This document shows, piece after piece, positions 1 through 11,962 of a stretch of 64,000 nucleotides of DNA. Position 1 is the stretch's first letter. Every line of letters starts with the position of its first letter. The notes below the pieces were generated by a model. The model was not told where the DNA came from, made no database searches, and saw nothing but the letters and a program-made list of their open reading frames with translations. Location of the stretch: positions 44,082,001 through 44,146,000 of the forward strand of contig OX597816.1 of the NCBI GenBank assembly GCA_951406725.2, given 5' to 3'. Origin of the DNA: Octopus vulgaris (taxonomy: Eukaryota). Position numbers and translations under genes: made by a program.

Positions 1-2164
1 TCAGAGGTCACCTTAAGGTAAATAATGCAGTATTCGTTCTTCAAAATATCCACGTAAAATTGGATACAAAGATTATATATTTAGCACTCTTTTTGTACTT
101 TCTATTTGTCTCTACTTTTCGCATAGCAGTATTTTCTGTTATATTTTTTAAATAATACTTTGACTTTGTTCAGGTTTATATATATTGTTAATATTATTGA
201 TGTTTAGTTAGATGCAAAAGTATGCTTTGCGGTTCCATTTCATCTTTGTTATGTTCCTACTCTAACATTATAGATGCTCGTATTCTTTTTATTTAGTGGC
301 CTTCTTCTAAAAGTAAAACTCCACAGGGACACTCTTATGCAGAAAGCTCTTTACTAGTTTCGAACAGCATTAATGCAGCGAATTATTTGGATCAGTGGCA
401 TGATTCAATTGCGTTGATCTATTGCCAATTTTTGTATTGAAGTCACAGGAGACATTGCCATCAATCAGGTAACAATTGTTAACAGATGTGATGGAGAGAA
501 GTGGTTATTTATATTGAATACTTCGGCCAGTATTTTGATTTTAGAAGACATTTCTTAGAAAAACAAGTATATCCCCTAATAGATGAGTGATGGGAATTCT
601 ACAGTGACAGATTATGGGTATTTTCAGTAAGTTATTTCATGAATTTTCCTTTGTTTTAATATTTTCGACATAAACCGTTTATGGGGGCAGCTGAGGTTAG
701 TTACAGTCAATGTTGGAACTACTATAGAACTGTATCTGCTACGCGATACAATATATGTCTTAGCTCGTCATCGACCATACGGTTAGATACAGACTCAAAG
801 TTAGGCCTTCTGCCTACATTAGAGTTACGCCTTCTTATATTATAATTCTTTATATTTATATCTCCTCTCTGCGTTATCAGCATAGATTCACAAGTAATTC
901 CAAGACTTTGCCTCAACTCTGATGTCAGTTATTCTTTTTATTACATTATGCCCATTACTTTTACCATTTATGAACATGCGTTGTTTGCTCAATGGTCTAA
1001 TGCATTCTTTCTCAACGTTGTACGTTAGATTCCTCTCTTATGAGGATCGGCTTACAGCAAGATGTAAATATATAATGTTTCTTGATTTGAAAAACAAATA
1101 ATCAACAGATTAAGCTTTGAGAAATAACAAATTAAAAGGAAACTGTATTTCGTTTCGATAGAACATAGCCCATTGGGGAAAAAAACTGTTTCGTCGTTAG
1201 CAATTTTTATGAAATGAAATTCAATTAAAATTCTATTTTTGTAGGTTTGCACAGTTGAAATTAACGACTGTTTGACCAGAGCAAAAATATTTAATTGCAC
1301 ACACATATATATATATATATATGTTCGCATACACTCACATACAAAGACACAAACAAACATATATTGTGAATCAAATAAAAGAAAATATCTTAATATAAAA
1401 ATTTAAAATATTTTGTATGCATGCAAATACCGTGCCTAATCAAATTTCCTTCCTTCAAATAGAAACCAATCTCAGGTGTATGTGGAAAGGAGACAAAAGC
1501 CTTCCGGTTCAGTAAAACACTTCTGTTTGAAATAGCAATAGCAAATATAGTTTGTGTGAGGTGTCGCATTATAATATCACAACCGCTAATGACAAAATTA
1601 ATTCTATGCAGAAAGTGGGTTATCTGTAACATAGGCATGGAAGAACTACTAATGGCTATGATCTATTTAAAGTATAATGTAAAATTTCTTGATACAATTT
1701 CAAATTGACAATCATTGTAATATGATATTTACTTGTGGTAGGACGGCTGCTGAAACAAGACGTTCAAGATGTTAATTTGAAAAATATAATTTTATTCAAG
1801 TGCATATATTATGTAACCAGATGAGGTTTTTTTCTGGACTGTAGGGTGCAATCAATTCCGTTATATCGTTCGCCATCCTCTAGAGAGAAGTGCAGATGTA
1901 AGCCGAAATGATCGTCGTGCCAAATAAAGCTTACACTACGCTCTGTCTTATCTATCAAATATTTAAAATATACTAAACGTGCACCGAGGAATTCCTTACG
2001 CAGATCCTACGAATAAAGTGCCGTACTGCTGGTAGCCGTATGCGGTAAATGTGCCAAGAGGTTTCACTCTCCGTGCTTTAGCTTCGTTACTATGGCAACA
2101 GTCCGGATGCCTATTGATTAGACCACGTCCAAATACGCCAGCTAAACTTGTTGTACTGTTTATT

Positions 2165-2461
2165 AGTCGTAAGACACCCACTGTTTTTTCCCTGTTTTTA
2201 CCATTATTGGTTTTTGTATTTTATATTTGTGTGGCATCGTCCGCTTTTCTGTCCCTGTTTCGTATACATTCGATCCTTCTTCCAAGAAATCTAATGCTCG
2301 TAGCTTAGTTTTTCCTTGGGGCTAGCCGGATCGGAGCGATCTCAAGATTAATCAGCCGAAATTGCTAGGATGATCCGGTTCTTGACTGAAGATTGAAGGC
2401 ATCCGTGTTTTTTGTATCGTCTTCTAAATGTTTTATGTTCTTGTCCCAGTTTGTATTTTTC

Positions 2462-2465
<4 letters not shown>
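2165..2465 (+). mobile_element. Non-coding (TA)n-anchored element (family P1) with structured hammerhead-like module
   Basis: Homologous to 56200-56536(-) and 21548-21690(-): CAGCCGAAATTGC...GACTGAAGATTGAAGGC. The 3' end abuts (TA)n at 2466-2508. Confidence 0.65.
2335..2400 (+). ncRNA. Candidate hammerhead with scrambled strand order
   Basis: AGCGAT-C-TCAAGA (2335-47), GAAA-TTGCT (2358-66), TCTTGA-CTGAAGA (2380-92). Pairings covary with the 56.3 kb copy. Confidence 0.45.
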
Positions 2466-2510
<45 letters not shown>

Positions 2511-2569
2511 GCTGAAACAATGCTATTTGCAAAAGATAATACAAGTCGATGGTTTGTACCTTTCTTAGT

Positions 2570-2609
2570 ATTATAATATTTCGAGATTAGGACACCTTCT
2601 ACAGGAAAT
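2570..2609 (-). ncRNA. Weak, decayed type I hammerhead-like motif
   Basis: Minus strand reads CTGTAGA-A-GGTGTCCTAATCTC-GAAA-TA-TT. Stems are poor; the sequence runs into (TA)n at 2508. Confidence 0.25.
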
Positions 2610-3079
2610 GTTCGGAGACGTGCTGTTGAAAGCTGACTACACTGTTCTGATAAAAGAACACACCATCGACTGCACTTGCCTTGTTTCTTATAACCTGCAT
2701 TATTTTGGCTTTATGAAAAAATTCAATAGCGTAATATATATCATACATTTCATGCAGACTATACTACTCTCTTTCTAATATCCTTCATTATAAATGAGCA
2801 ATGCAGGTATCACTTGCATAGTTTTGAGATTGCCTCCGATATCCGTCGCTCATGTCACTTCGTACTGTCGCAGTTAGAAATGCAACTATTTGCTTCCCAA
2901 ATACTTGAAAATGAGAGCAAAAAACCAGCCACAGACGCAAATTAACACGCAGGCGTGAATGATCTCATAAGCATGCACCATGCTTTTTATAATTACTTTA
3001 GATGGCCATACGATCACGATCACAGATAGCCATTTTCTCTCGAATGCCTTACCCTTTTCCAGCGAACGTCTAATATAGG

Positions 3080-3250
3080 GAGAGAAGAATATCAGTAGCA
3101 TTTAGCTATTACTCATTTTCAGCTGAGCTCACTGGAGCAACATGAAATGAAGCACCTTGCTGAAGGCTACAGTGCACCGAGCGAGCCGGAAACAGAGTTC
3201 TTGATGTAATGATTGTAAGATCAACAGGGTAACGTCTTGGCAATGAACAT
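3080..3250 (-). mobile_element. Degenerate tRNA-SINE (family C/E-like)
   Basis: ctcattttcagctgag..actggagcaacatgaaatgaag matches the reverse complement of the family C/E central domain. Confidence 0.55.
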
Positions 3251-3499
3251 TCACATTTAATAGAAATAAGACAGATCTATATTTAAGATTATTTTTAGTA
3301 GTTTAATAAAATGTTGTTGCAGTATAACAATATAAAATGACTAGTATAACAATTCTACAATTTCTGAAGGTCACCTATAAAAAAGGAAAAGAAAAAAAAA
3401 ACTTCGGCCGTCCTCATTCTGGAGTGATAAAAAGAATGCACGGGTTTGCCACAAGGTCTTACCAAATTAAAATATCTTCTGTGACAGTTTCGTTTATAT

Positions 3500-3970
3500 T
3501 AGAAGCTTACTACTCAAATACAAGGTTTCAGGTTCAGTCACACTCGTGGAACATTGGGCAAGTGTTTTCTAGTATGGCTCCTGGGCCGACCACAGCCTTG
3601 TGAATGGTACTGGTTGAGGGAAACTGAAAAAAGCTGATCGTGTGTATGTGTGTGCGTGTCTGTGTTTATGTGTGTGAGTGTGTGTCTATGTGTGTGTATG
3701 TGTGTGTGCGTACTTCTGTGCTTGAGTGTTGTGTATGTGTGTGCGCGTGTGTGCGTCCTTATGTTTGTGTTTGACTCCCACTACTGTTTGGCAACTGGTA
3801 TTGATGTGTTTATATCGCCATAATAGTGGTTCGGTAAAATAGCGATTGGCAGAGTAAGAACTAAATTTAAAAAGGTAAGTACTGAGGACGACTTGTTTCA
3901 TTAAACCCTTCAAGCTAAGGCCTCAGTATGGCCTTGATCCAATGACTAAAACAAACAAAAAAAGATGAAA
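3500..3970 (+). mobile_element. Degenerate tRNA-SINE family A
   Basis: ttgggcaagtgttttct...gggccgacc...gaaactgaaa, internal (TG)n, 3' aatgactaaaacaa. Confidence 0.8.
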
Positions 3971-4641
3971 GATTAGATGTCGTACAAAATCACAAGTAAC
4001 AACGATAAACAACAAACGTGAATTATTCTTATATATACTCTCCTTGCTGCAGGTTAATGAGTTAAATAGTAAATAATAGAGTCAAAGTTGAACGAAGAGT
4101 GTTAACATTGCACAAACATGGTATGAGCGTCTTTTGAAATTCTATTTTCTCAGCATCATCCTTTAGAATTTATCACATCATTAGGGAAAGAAGCAATTAT
4201 ATGCTCTGTTTGAACTAAAAGTGATTTATTACTATCTCATCTGCGAATCTTTCTCTTACTGACGAACATAACTAAATAGATGACATCCTGAGCAGATATT
4301 CATTTAAAACCCTTGAGAGTTTCGTCTCTTCGCCAGCTATGGCCAAAAATAGATCATATTCAGTACGACTAATTAATGAGCAACGTATGCTACGTCAGAA
4401 AATATAGAGAAATTCACTGTGTAAGGAAGAAAAGCAAAAAGTGAAATGGAAAATCTAAGAGTGAAAGAGCAAAACGAAGAGGGAACAAGAAAATAAACCA
4501 AGAGAGATATGAAATAGGCCAAATGACATGAATATAATTTTCTTGGATGAAGGTTCATTTTTAAATCCAACATGGATCGATATGTATAAACATGTATACA
4601 TATAAGGAATATATACTCTCATGTAAAAGTTTCATATATAT

Positions 4642-4681
<40 letters not shown>

Positions 4682-5055
4682 CAGACAGACATAAACACTA
4701 TTTGAAGACTATGGAAATGTTTACAAAATATTTCACTTAATTTTTTTCTCTAATTGAATTGTTTTTCTTATTTCACTCATAGTTAAAATGCCCAAAAGGC
4801 ACATACGTACATACATACATACATACATGCATACATACATACATACATGTGTATGTGCACACACACTGACCCACACACGCGCGCACAAACAAACAAACAG
4901 AACGCAGCTTGAATAACGGATAGAATCAACAAATTTTGAAAAGTTTGCAAGACGCAACGAAACTTTTAGAAAGAAGTAAACGAGTAGAAATTTTATCGGT
5001 GAGTGAGTTAAATTATAAGGCACTAAAAGGGAATGATACTCCCAAGACACATCAG

Positions 5056-5080
<25 letters not shown>

Positions 5081-5086
<6 letters not shown>

Positions 5087-5655
5087 TATTCTATAATTAT
5101 ATACATAATTATAACAAGGGGTCAGCTGTTTGCCTCGGCACGTACTGAATTAGAAAAAGACGCTAATGTATTTTCTACTACCATAAAATCTCCGAGAAAA
5201 TAACACACTTTTAACGTAGACAAAAGGAAAAAGATGAACTAACAAGGCCGTGGTTAATTATGAGTGCAGATTGATATCAGTCATACGATATCGCTCGATC
5301 GTATGCATATCTAAAAATACACGTAAATTTATCAAGAATAATACACTGAAGAGAACTGTAGGTAATTATGTTTTACTTTAATTTCGAAACGCGTCCGTAA
5401 TTAACTACGGCCTTGTTAATTCACCTTAATTCGTCTTTTGTTTTGCCTACATTAAAGGTGTGTTATTTTCTTGGACATTTTACGGTAGTAAAAAATACAT
5501 TAGCGTCTATTTCTAATTCAGTACGTGGTGAGGCAAATAGCTGACACCTTGTTATAATTATGTATATAATTATAGAATATTTTGCAAAATTTACCTAAAA
5601 GGTTTATATTTAGTACTAACTACTTGGTAAAATTATCATTGATTTTACCCTATAC
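5081..5655 (+). mobile_element. Penelope-like fold-back element with hammerhead, flanked by (TA)n on both sides
   Basis: Inverted arms 5081-5262 and 5396-5585, an unpaired tail of about 70 nt to 5655, and an HHR at 5342-5399. Confidence 0.8.
5342..5399 (+). ncRNA. Type I hammerhead ribozyme
   Basis: TAC-A-CTGAAGA(5346-52)-GAA..TTC-GAAA(5386-89)-CGCG-TC|C-GTA. Palindromic stem III ACGCGT; predicted cut after C5395. Confidence 0.75.
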
Positions 5656-5682
5656 TATATATATATATATATATATATATAT

Positions 5683-5870
5683 GAAGAAGTAGATCACCTG
5701 CGATCAAACTACAAAGAAAAGAATGTTCTCTAGAGAAAAATTCAACGGACACCAGAACAATATGCGGGCAAGACAGATGAAAATTATATAAAAAACAAGA
5801 ATTAATCGCAGACCTAGGTTTCGCCTATAAATGAAGCTCACCACAATATATTTAAACAATGCGGAAATGT
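5683..5870 (-). mobile_element. (TA)n-anchored element with decayed hammerhead (5807-5844)
   Basis: Minus strand GTGGTGA-GCTT-catttat-AGGC-GAAA-CCTAGG-TC. Stem III palindrome ACCTAGGT; two core substitutions. Confidence 0.55.
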
Positions 5871-5894
5871 TATTTATCAAAGTAAGTATCGTTA

Positions 5895-6540
5895 CAATCA
5901 ACACATGTTTGGCAACCAGTTAAATGCTTGGTTATTCTGATAACAAGAATCTGGAGTTCTGAAACTGATGAACTCTTTGAACGCACTTTCAGCGTTGGTT
6001 TGATTTTTGAACTCTTCTCGCAAGAAACCATAAAGGTTCATGAAAAATTGGTAGCTGGTTGTGTAATGGTCTGGGGGATACGCTGGGTAGGGAAGAACCT
6101 CGTGAACAAGTTCCTTCAACTTCCGGAGCGTCATTACTGAACCGTGTGGTCGAGCATTGTCATGAAGAATGGTTAGCCCTCTTCTGTTGACCAGTCTGGG
6201 ACGGAGGAGCAGCAGTATTTCCTTCATGTCGGTAATTTTATGGCAATATGTTTCTGTAGTAATGGTTTTTCCGGGTTTTACACAGTTATAGTGGATGAGA
6301 CCAGCAGTACACCTCCAAACAATCACCATAAATTTCTTTCTGAAGAGCTCGGATTTAGGCAAGGTTTCTGGTACTTCATTTGTGTAGAATGTCTTTTTTA
6401 TTATTATGCAGAATCCACTTTTCATCGCAAGTTACGACGAAGAAGCGACGAATAAATTTCATATATGTGCATTTTCTGATTTTCATTTGTCGAGAGTTTT
6501 TGATTTTCCAATCAAATGCAAATGGTAGCAGGTAGTTTTC
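5895..6540 (-). pseudogene. Decayed mariner (D,D34D-type) transposase
   Basis: ORF 5898-6425 has KKFMVIVW..GLIHY..KPGKTIT, LHDNARPH and PYPAYPPDH (a degenerate HPPYSPDLAP). Upstream HLHLIGKSK fragment. Confidence 0.9.
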
Positions 6541-6569
6541 TGGCTAGTATGTAATGTTAGTTATCAGCA

Positions 6570-6880
6570 TACACTACTTTTTAATCTGTAGCCAAGTATA
6601 ATTACTCACATCTGATTTTAAATAGAAATATCCAGTATTAAGGCTACTTGCTTCAAGAATATTAAAAATAAATGAAGTTATCAGCTTATGATATTTTTCA
6701 ATCCATATCCAAAAATAAATACTCACATCGGATTTAAATGTGAAATATCAAGTGTTAATAGGGTGAGTCGTCTCAAAAATATCGAAAATGTCTTGGAAGT
6801 TTATCAAGATATAATATTTTCTAATTCCTATCCAAGTAGAAATACTCACATCGGATTTAAATATGAAATATCGAGTTTAT
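6570..6880. repeat. Diverged tandem repeat of about 120 bp, about 2.5 units
   Basis: actcacatc(g)gatttaaa..gaaatatc recurs at 6604, 6721 and 6844. Confidence 0.8.
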
Positions 6881-7000
6881 CCTAGCTAATTTTATTACGT
6901 CCATTCCACGGACAGTTATTTGAATAATTCATGTCATATCCCTATCGTATGTCACGGGAATACTGAACTTTAGATTTTATAAAGTTTATCGTATAAATAT

Positions 7001-7381
7001 ATTTCTTTATTGCCCACAGGGCTAAACATGCAGAAGACAAACAAGGACAGACAAAGGGATTAAGTAGATTGCATCGACCCCAGTGTGTAACTGGTACTTA
7101 TTTAATCGACCCCGAAATGGATGAAAGGCAAAGTCAACCTCGGCGGACGAAATACCTATTTCTATACTACCCACAAGGAGCTAAACACAGAGGAGACAAA
7201 GACAAACAAACGGATTAAGTCGATTACATCGACCCCAGTGCGTAACTGTTACTTAATTTATCTACCCCAAAAGTATGAAAAGAAAAGTCGACCTCGGCGG
7301 AATTTGAACTTCGAACATAACTGCAGACGAAATACGGCGACGCATTTCGCCCGGCGTGCTAACGTTTCTGCCAGCTCGCCT
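7001..7381 (-). mobile_element. Two tandem SINE family B copies (7001-7147 partial, 7155-7381 full)
   Basis: Reverse complement of ggcgagctggcagaa..gtcgactttgcctttcatcctttcggggtcgat..gtaccag (Deu/Nin-like central domain). Confidence 0.9.
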
Positions 7382-8517
7382 CCTAATATATCGTATAAAT
7401 TGAAAGATATCCTACAGTATATATTGTCTAAAGGAACGAATGAATGAATGACTCATATCAATGTAATAAGAATTTTCACCGAGCGTGCGTTCGTATGAAG
7501 ATCTTTCGTTATTTAGAAACCTTGCTGTTTCTTTTTCGTCTGAAAACTACATATGTTGTATGTAACATCGCATTTTAAGTCTTTCATTTAATAATTCCAG
7601 AACCCCTTCGATGGTCCTGCTCTAAACAAATTTATGGTTTATAGTTACAGTTAGGGTTAGTATTTAGCAAGTATGGTGTTATTGTAAATATTTACCAAAT
7701 GTTTATCCAGTCAGATTATCTTTATCAGCAAGCAACTTTTGTGTGAAAGTGTTGGTGTGATTGCGCGCGCGACTGGACCGTACATAGAAATTTTGTTTAG
7801 AAAAGTACTTTTACATTCCTTGCAGTCAATTCATTAGGTTAATCCCAGCGTTTTTGGTAACAATATATTCTCTCTTTTAATTAAATATTAAAAAAGAGAG
7901 AAAAAAGGCCACCCTCTCTTTTGCAAGAGAAATTAATTTTGGTGGTAAAGACTAAACACCTTGTTTCATTATCACAATTAAAAGGCGTTTATCTTTACTT
8001 AAAAAAAAAAAAAAAGGAAGAGTTGAAGTCGTAGATGTATGACGGAGAATTATTCAATATCGTGTTCGCATCTATGAGAATCGTTTACCATTAAAGCGAA
8101 AAAAAAAAACCCCGACGTATACGACTATTATGTAAAACATATTTCTGTTTCTTTAGCTAAAATTATTACCTTAGTACACATATAACATCGAAATGTACAA
8201 CTTTATTCTTACGATGATAGTGTACTCATGTCACATAAATGTAAATTTAATTTATCTATTGAGTATTAATTCAAACGGCTGTAAGTGAAGGTGACCAATT
8301 TGCTGTTAATAATAAACAATTATTAAATCCATTCCTCTCTTGCCAGTATGAAAGCCAATCTAGCTATGCTGATTTTATTGTTCTTATTATATTTATCCCA
8401 TATTATATCGGTATAAACATGATGCAACCCCAAAATTTGACACACTAATCAGTATCGTTAGACGGTAGTCGACATAATCAATATAACCTTTATTTGCACA
8501 CCTCTAACGAATTTAAA

Positions 8518-8565
<48 letters not shown>

Positions 8566-8567
8566 AC

Positions 8568-8967
8568 AGGCTCAGGAGTGGCTGTGTGATAAGAAGCTTG
8601 CTAACATACCACATGGTTCCGAGTTCAGTCCCACTGCGTGGCACCTGGGCGTGCGTCTTCTACTATGACCTCGGGACTACCAAAGCCTTCTGAGTAGATT
8701 TGCTAGATGGAAACTGAAAGAAGCCCGTCTTATATATATGTGTGTGTATGTATGTATGTGTGTGCGTGTGTGCGTGTGTCCGTGTTTGCCCCACCTACAA
8801 TTGCTTGACAACCGATGCTTGTGTGTTTACGTCCCCGTAACGTTGCAGTTCGGCAAAAGACACTAGGCTTTCAAAGAATAGGTCCTGGGGTCGATTTGCC
8901 CGACTAAAGGCGGTGCTCCAGCAAGGCCGCAGTCAAATGACTGAAAAAACGTAAAAGCGTAAAAACG

Positions 8968-8968
<1 letters not shown>
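8568..8968 (+). mobile_element. tRNA-SINE family A, full length, between (TA)n tracts
   Basis: A-box-like TGGCTGTGTGAT, B-box-like GTTCAGTCCC, family body and tail. Confidence 0.92.
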
Positions 8969-9014
<46 letters not shown>

Positions 9015-9017
<3 letters not shown>

Positions 9018-9076
9018 TTTTATTCTTTTACTTGTTTCAGTCATTTGAGTGCGGCTATGCAGGAGCACCGCCTTAA
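9015..9076 (-). mobile_element. SINE family A 3' tail fragment
   Basis: ttttacttgtttcagtcatttga..gcaccgcctt, tail-to-tail with 8568-8968. Confidence 0.85.
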
Positions 9077-9099
9077 ACATATATATATATATGTATATC

Positions 9100-9315
9100 A
9101 TTTCTCCAAATCTCTTTACCACCTGTCTAGAAATGATCATGAAGACATCGATTGGACAGGTAGCGTGAAAATCAATGTCGAGCAACCATCACACTGATTT
9201 GCAGATGACATTGAACGCATCGCTGAAACCACAGACCAGCTGCAGATAATGCTGACATAGCTGAACACTCAGAGCTTTGCAGTAGGTCTTAAAATGAACC
9301 ACACGAAAACAGAAA
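9100..9315 (+). pseudogene. RTE-clade LINE reverse transcriptase fragment
   Basis: Manual translation with frameshifts and stops: ISPNLFTTCLE..KINVE..FADDI..LQIML*LN..VGLKMNHTKT. Confidence 0.85.
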
Positions 9316-9494
9316 ATATATTTCCCGCTACAAAAGCAATATAAGTTACGTTGCTGAGCGCAACGTGCAGGAGTAGTCTTATAAAATTAACTTTGATTTG
9401 ATATTTGCCATTCTGCACTCAAAAGCTACAAACAGTATTTACTTTTCAATTATTCGGTGACTTAAGTTCTAATGAAACTCCTTCTCGATACACT

Positions 9495-9710
9495 TAGCCG
9501 CATAAGACCGGTTTCCCGGTTTCTGCAATGTATATATTCCCCATTGGCCGGAACGCAGGTCTGTCGTAGTATTATTCGTTTTTGCTCCGTAAATGGAATG
9601 GATTAATATGAAATGAAGTTGGTTGCTCAAGAACACAACGCAATGGCCAATCTAAGAATCGAAATCACAATCTTACAATTATAAGTCCAGCTCCCTCACC
9701 AATAGAGATT
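9495..9710 (-). mobile_element. Degenerate SINE family C-like
   Basis: ccggtttcccggtttct...gctcaagaacacaacg...cacaatcttac. Confidence 0.7.
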
Positions 9711-10422
9711 CTCCACTTGAGTATCAATACAGTATTAGTAATATTCTAAAGTCTGTGAAATCGATGATCAGCACTAAGAGACGCATCACTCTTACAGAAG
9801 GTTAAAGTACAGTAAGGACTATCTTCTTTGCCTCATGTGTAGAATATATCGTTATTGTTACTGTGTCGTCCTCGATTTCTTCGGCATAGTGGCCATACTG
9901 AAAGACACAGTATGGATGACGCGGGTTGATTAGTTTTTTCAACTATCACCTGTGGAGTAAGATCCGCCTGGAGAGGAAATCCGTGTCTCAAGGTGTGTTT
10001 CGAAAAAGATGGACGCCTGTCGTAAGAATGATGCGAGAGGAAGGTCCCGAGCTGGTGTAGCCAGTGCGGAAGGAAAAAAAGGAAAAACGAGGAAAAAAAA
10101 CAACAAAAAGTGAAAACAACCGGCGGGTTGATTGGAACCCTAAAGCTAACAATCGATTTCATTATACTATATATCCATCTCGATTTTCTGATTTTTATAT
10201 AATTTTCTATTTTTCGCTTTTTAATTGTCGAATTTTTAGTCTCGATTTAGGTTGTCACAATCGTTATATGTTGTAGTGTCCATGTTCGTCCCCTTCTATG
10301 TACGTCTTCTATAGATAATAAAAGAAATTGTGTCGCCCTCAATCAGTTAAACGTATCAAACATACGATCAAAGATATCGAAGAGGCGACCAAAAGGTATT
10401 TTTTAATATAATGTAATCAGCA

Positions 10423-10640
10423 AGGTGTCGAGCTCGCAGAATCGTTAGCACGCCAGGAAAAATTCTGAGCAGTACTTCATCAATCATCATGTTCTGAGTT
10501 AAAATTCCGCTCAGGTCCACTTTGCATTTCATCCTTTCCGGGTAGATAAAATAAAGTACCGGTTTAACACTGGGGTCTACATAATCGAGTTACCCCTTAC
10601 TCCGAAATAATTGGCATTCAGTCAAAATCTGAAATCAGTA
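10423..10640 (+). mobile_element. SINE family B-related
   Basis: cgagctcgcagaatcgttagcacgcc..ctttgcatttcatccttt..cactggggtc. Confidence 0.85.
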
Positions 10641-11061
10641 TGGTGAAATTAACAATATATTACCCAAGAAGTCTGTCTTTTCACTGCAGTTTCTAGCAGA
10701 TTGTTCGATCACATTGTGGGTCTGTCATTTGCTTATCAGCAGAAAAGTTGATGCAATCCGTACATATAATATAGAATAATAGAGAAATATTTAAACACTC
10801 TTTAATAATTGTAAATTAATATATATTGACACGCATTCCTCAACAAGACTATACGAATGGTTTGAGACAGAATCGCACTTTCACTTTCAAATATCGACCT
10901 ATTGACCTGTGAAAAGGTAATTATTTGATTTAATGAAATTATGACGGCTTCACAGTATTAAATGCCAGGAGAAGCATATAGTCGTACGTACGTAGAGACG
11001 TATTTACGTACGCACGCACGTATGTACGCATGTATGCATATATGTGTGTATGTATATATGA

Positions 11062-11149
<88 letters not shown>

Positions 11150-11308
11150 ATACATACCAATTAATGATAATTAGCTTAGTAATAGAATGGAGGCGTCATA
11201 CAATGTTAATATGTTTACGAATTGAAAGATTAATGAATTACTATTTCCATATCCTATCTGATCTCCATTCTCTGTGAAATGCTAACATTTGCTCACCTCA
11301 CGAGCGCG

Positions 11309-11371
<63 letters not shown>

Positions 11372-11962
11372 GCACACAGGCATACGCAAGGAAACACATT
11401 TCCCGTTGATAAAGATATGACTTTACCCTTAAGCATGAAAATTCAATTTTCTCTTCAATTAATTCTAAATTTCTTAAAATTATCTCTCATTTTTTGTGAG
11501 ATTTCATGACTTGCTGCTAGGTCTTTGTTTTCTTTCTCACCGGTAAGCCCCATCATGTGGTCCGCTGACACTTTAATCTGTGTGTCATTTCTAACGGTAT
11601 AATGACCTCTAAACTTTAGAAATCTTTGAACTGATACTACATTCCGCGCTATTTATCTCTTGTTTAAAATCTCTCAGGAGCTGTTCTAATCTCAATACCC
11701 AGCTTCTCCTTCCCAGAACACCGACCCTATATAATTCCATTTGTTCCCACGGATTTACCGTATGTATTGACTTATAAGTTTAAAGAGAAGGACGGGTGGC
11801 ATCAATATCACTGTCTAGGCGAACCAACAAAAACCATTGATAAGGAAGGACACTCTTTCCATACCAACAAATAAAAAAAAACAAAAAAAACGAAACAATT
11901 AAAACATACTTGAATACATCATCATCTGCCTGAAATATTTCATTCCACGAATAATCCCACTT

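Noticed and set aside
2291-2335. Twister-like UAA...GCCGG pattern in family P1
   Set aside because: The twister P4 loop and T1/T2 pseudoknot nucleotides are not present.
4255-4345. CTGACGA at 4259 and minus-strand CTGGCGA..GAAAC at about 4315-4340
   Set aside because: Required helices absent. Similar isolated cores at 12691, 32448, 46272, 48202, 61637 and 62045 were rejected for the same reason.
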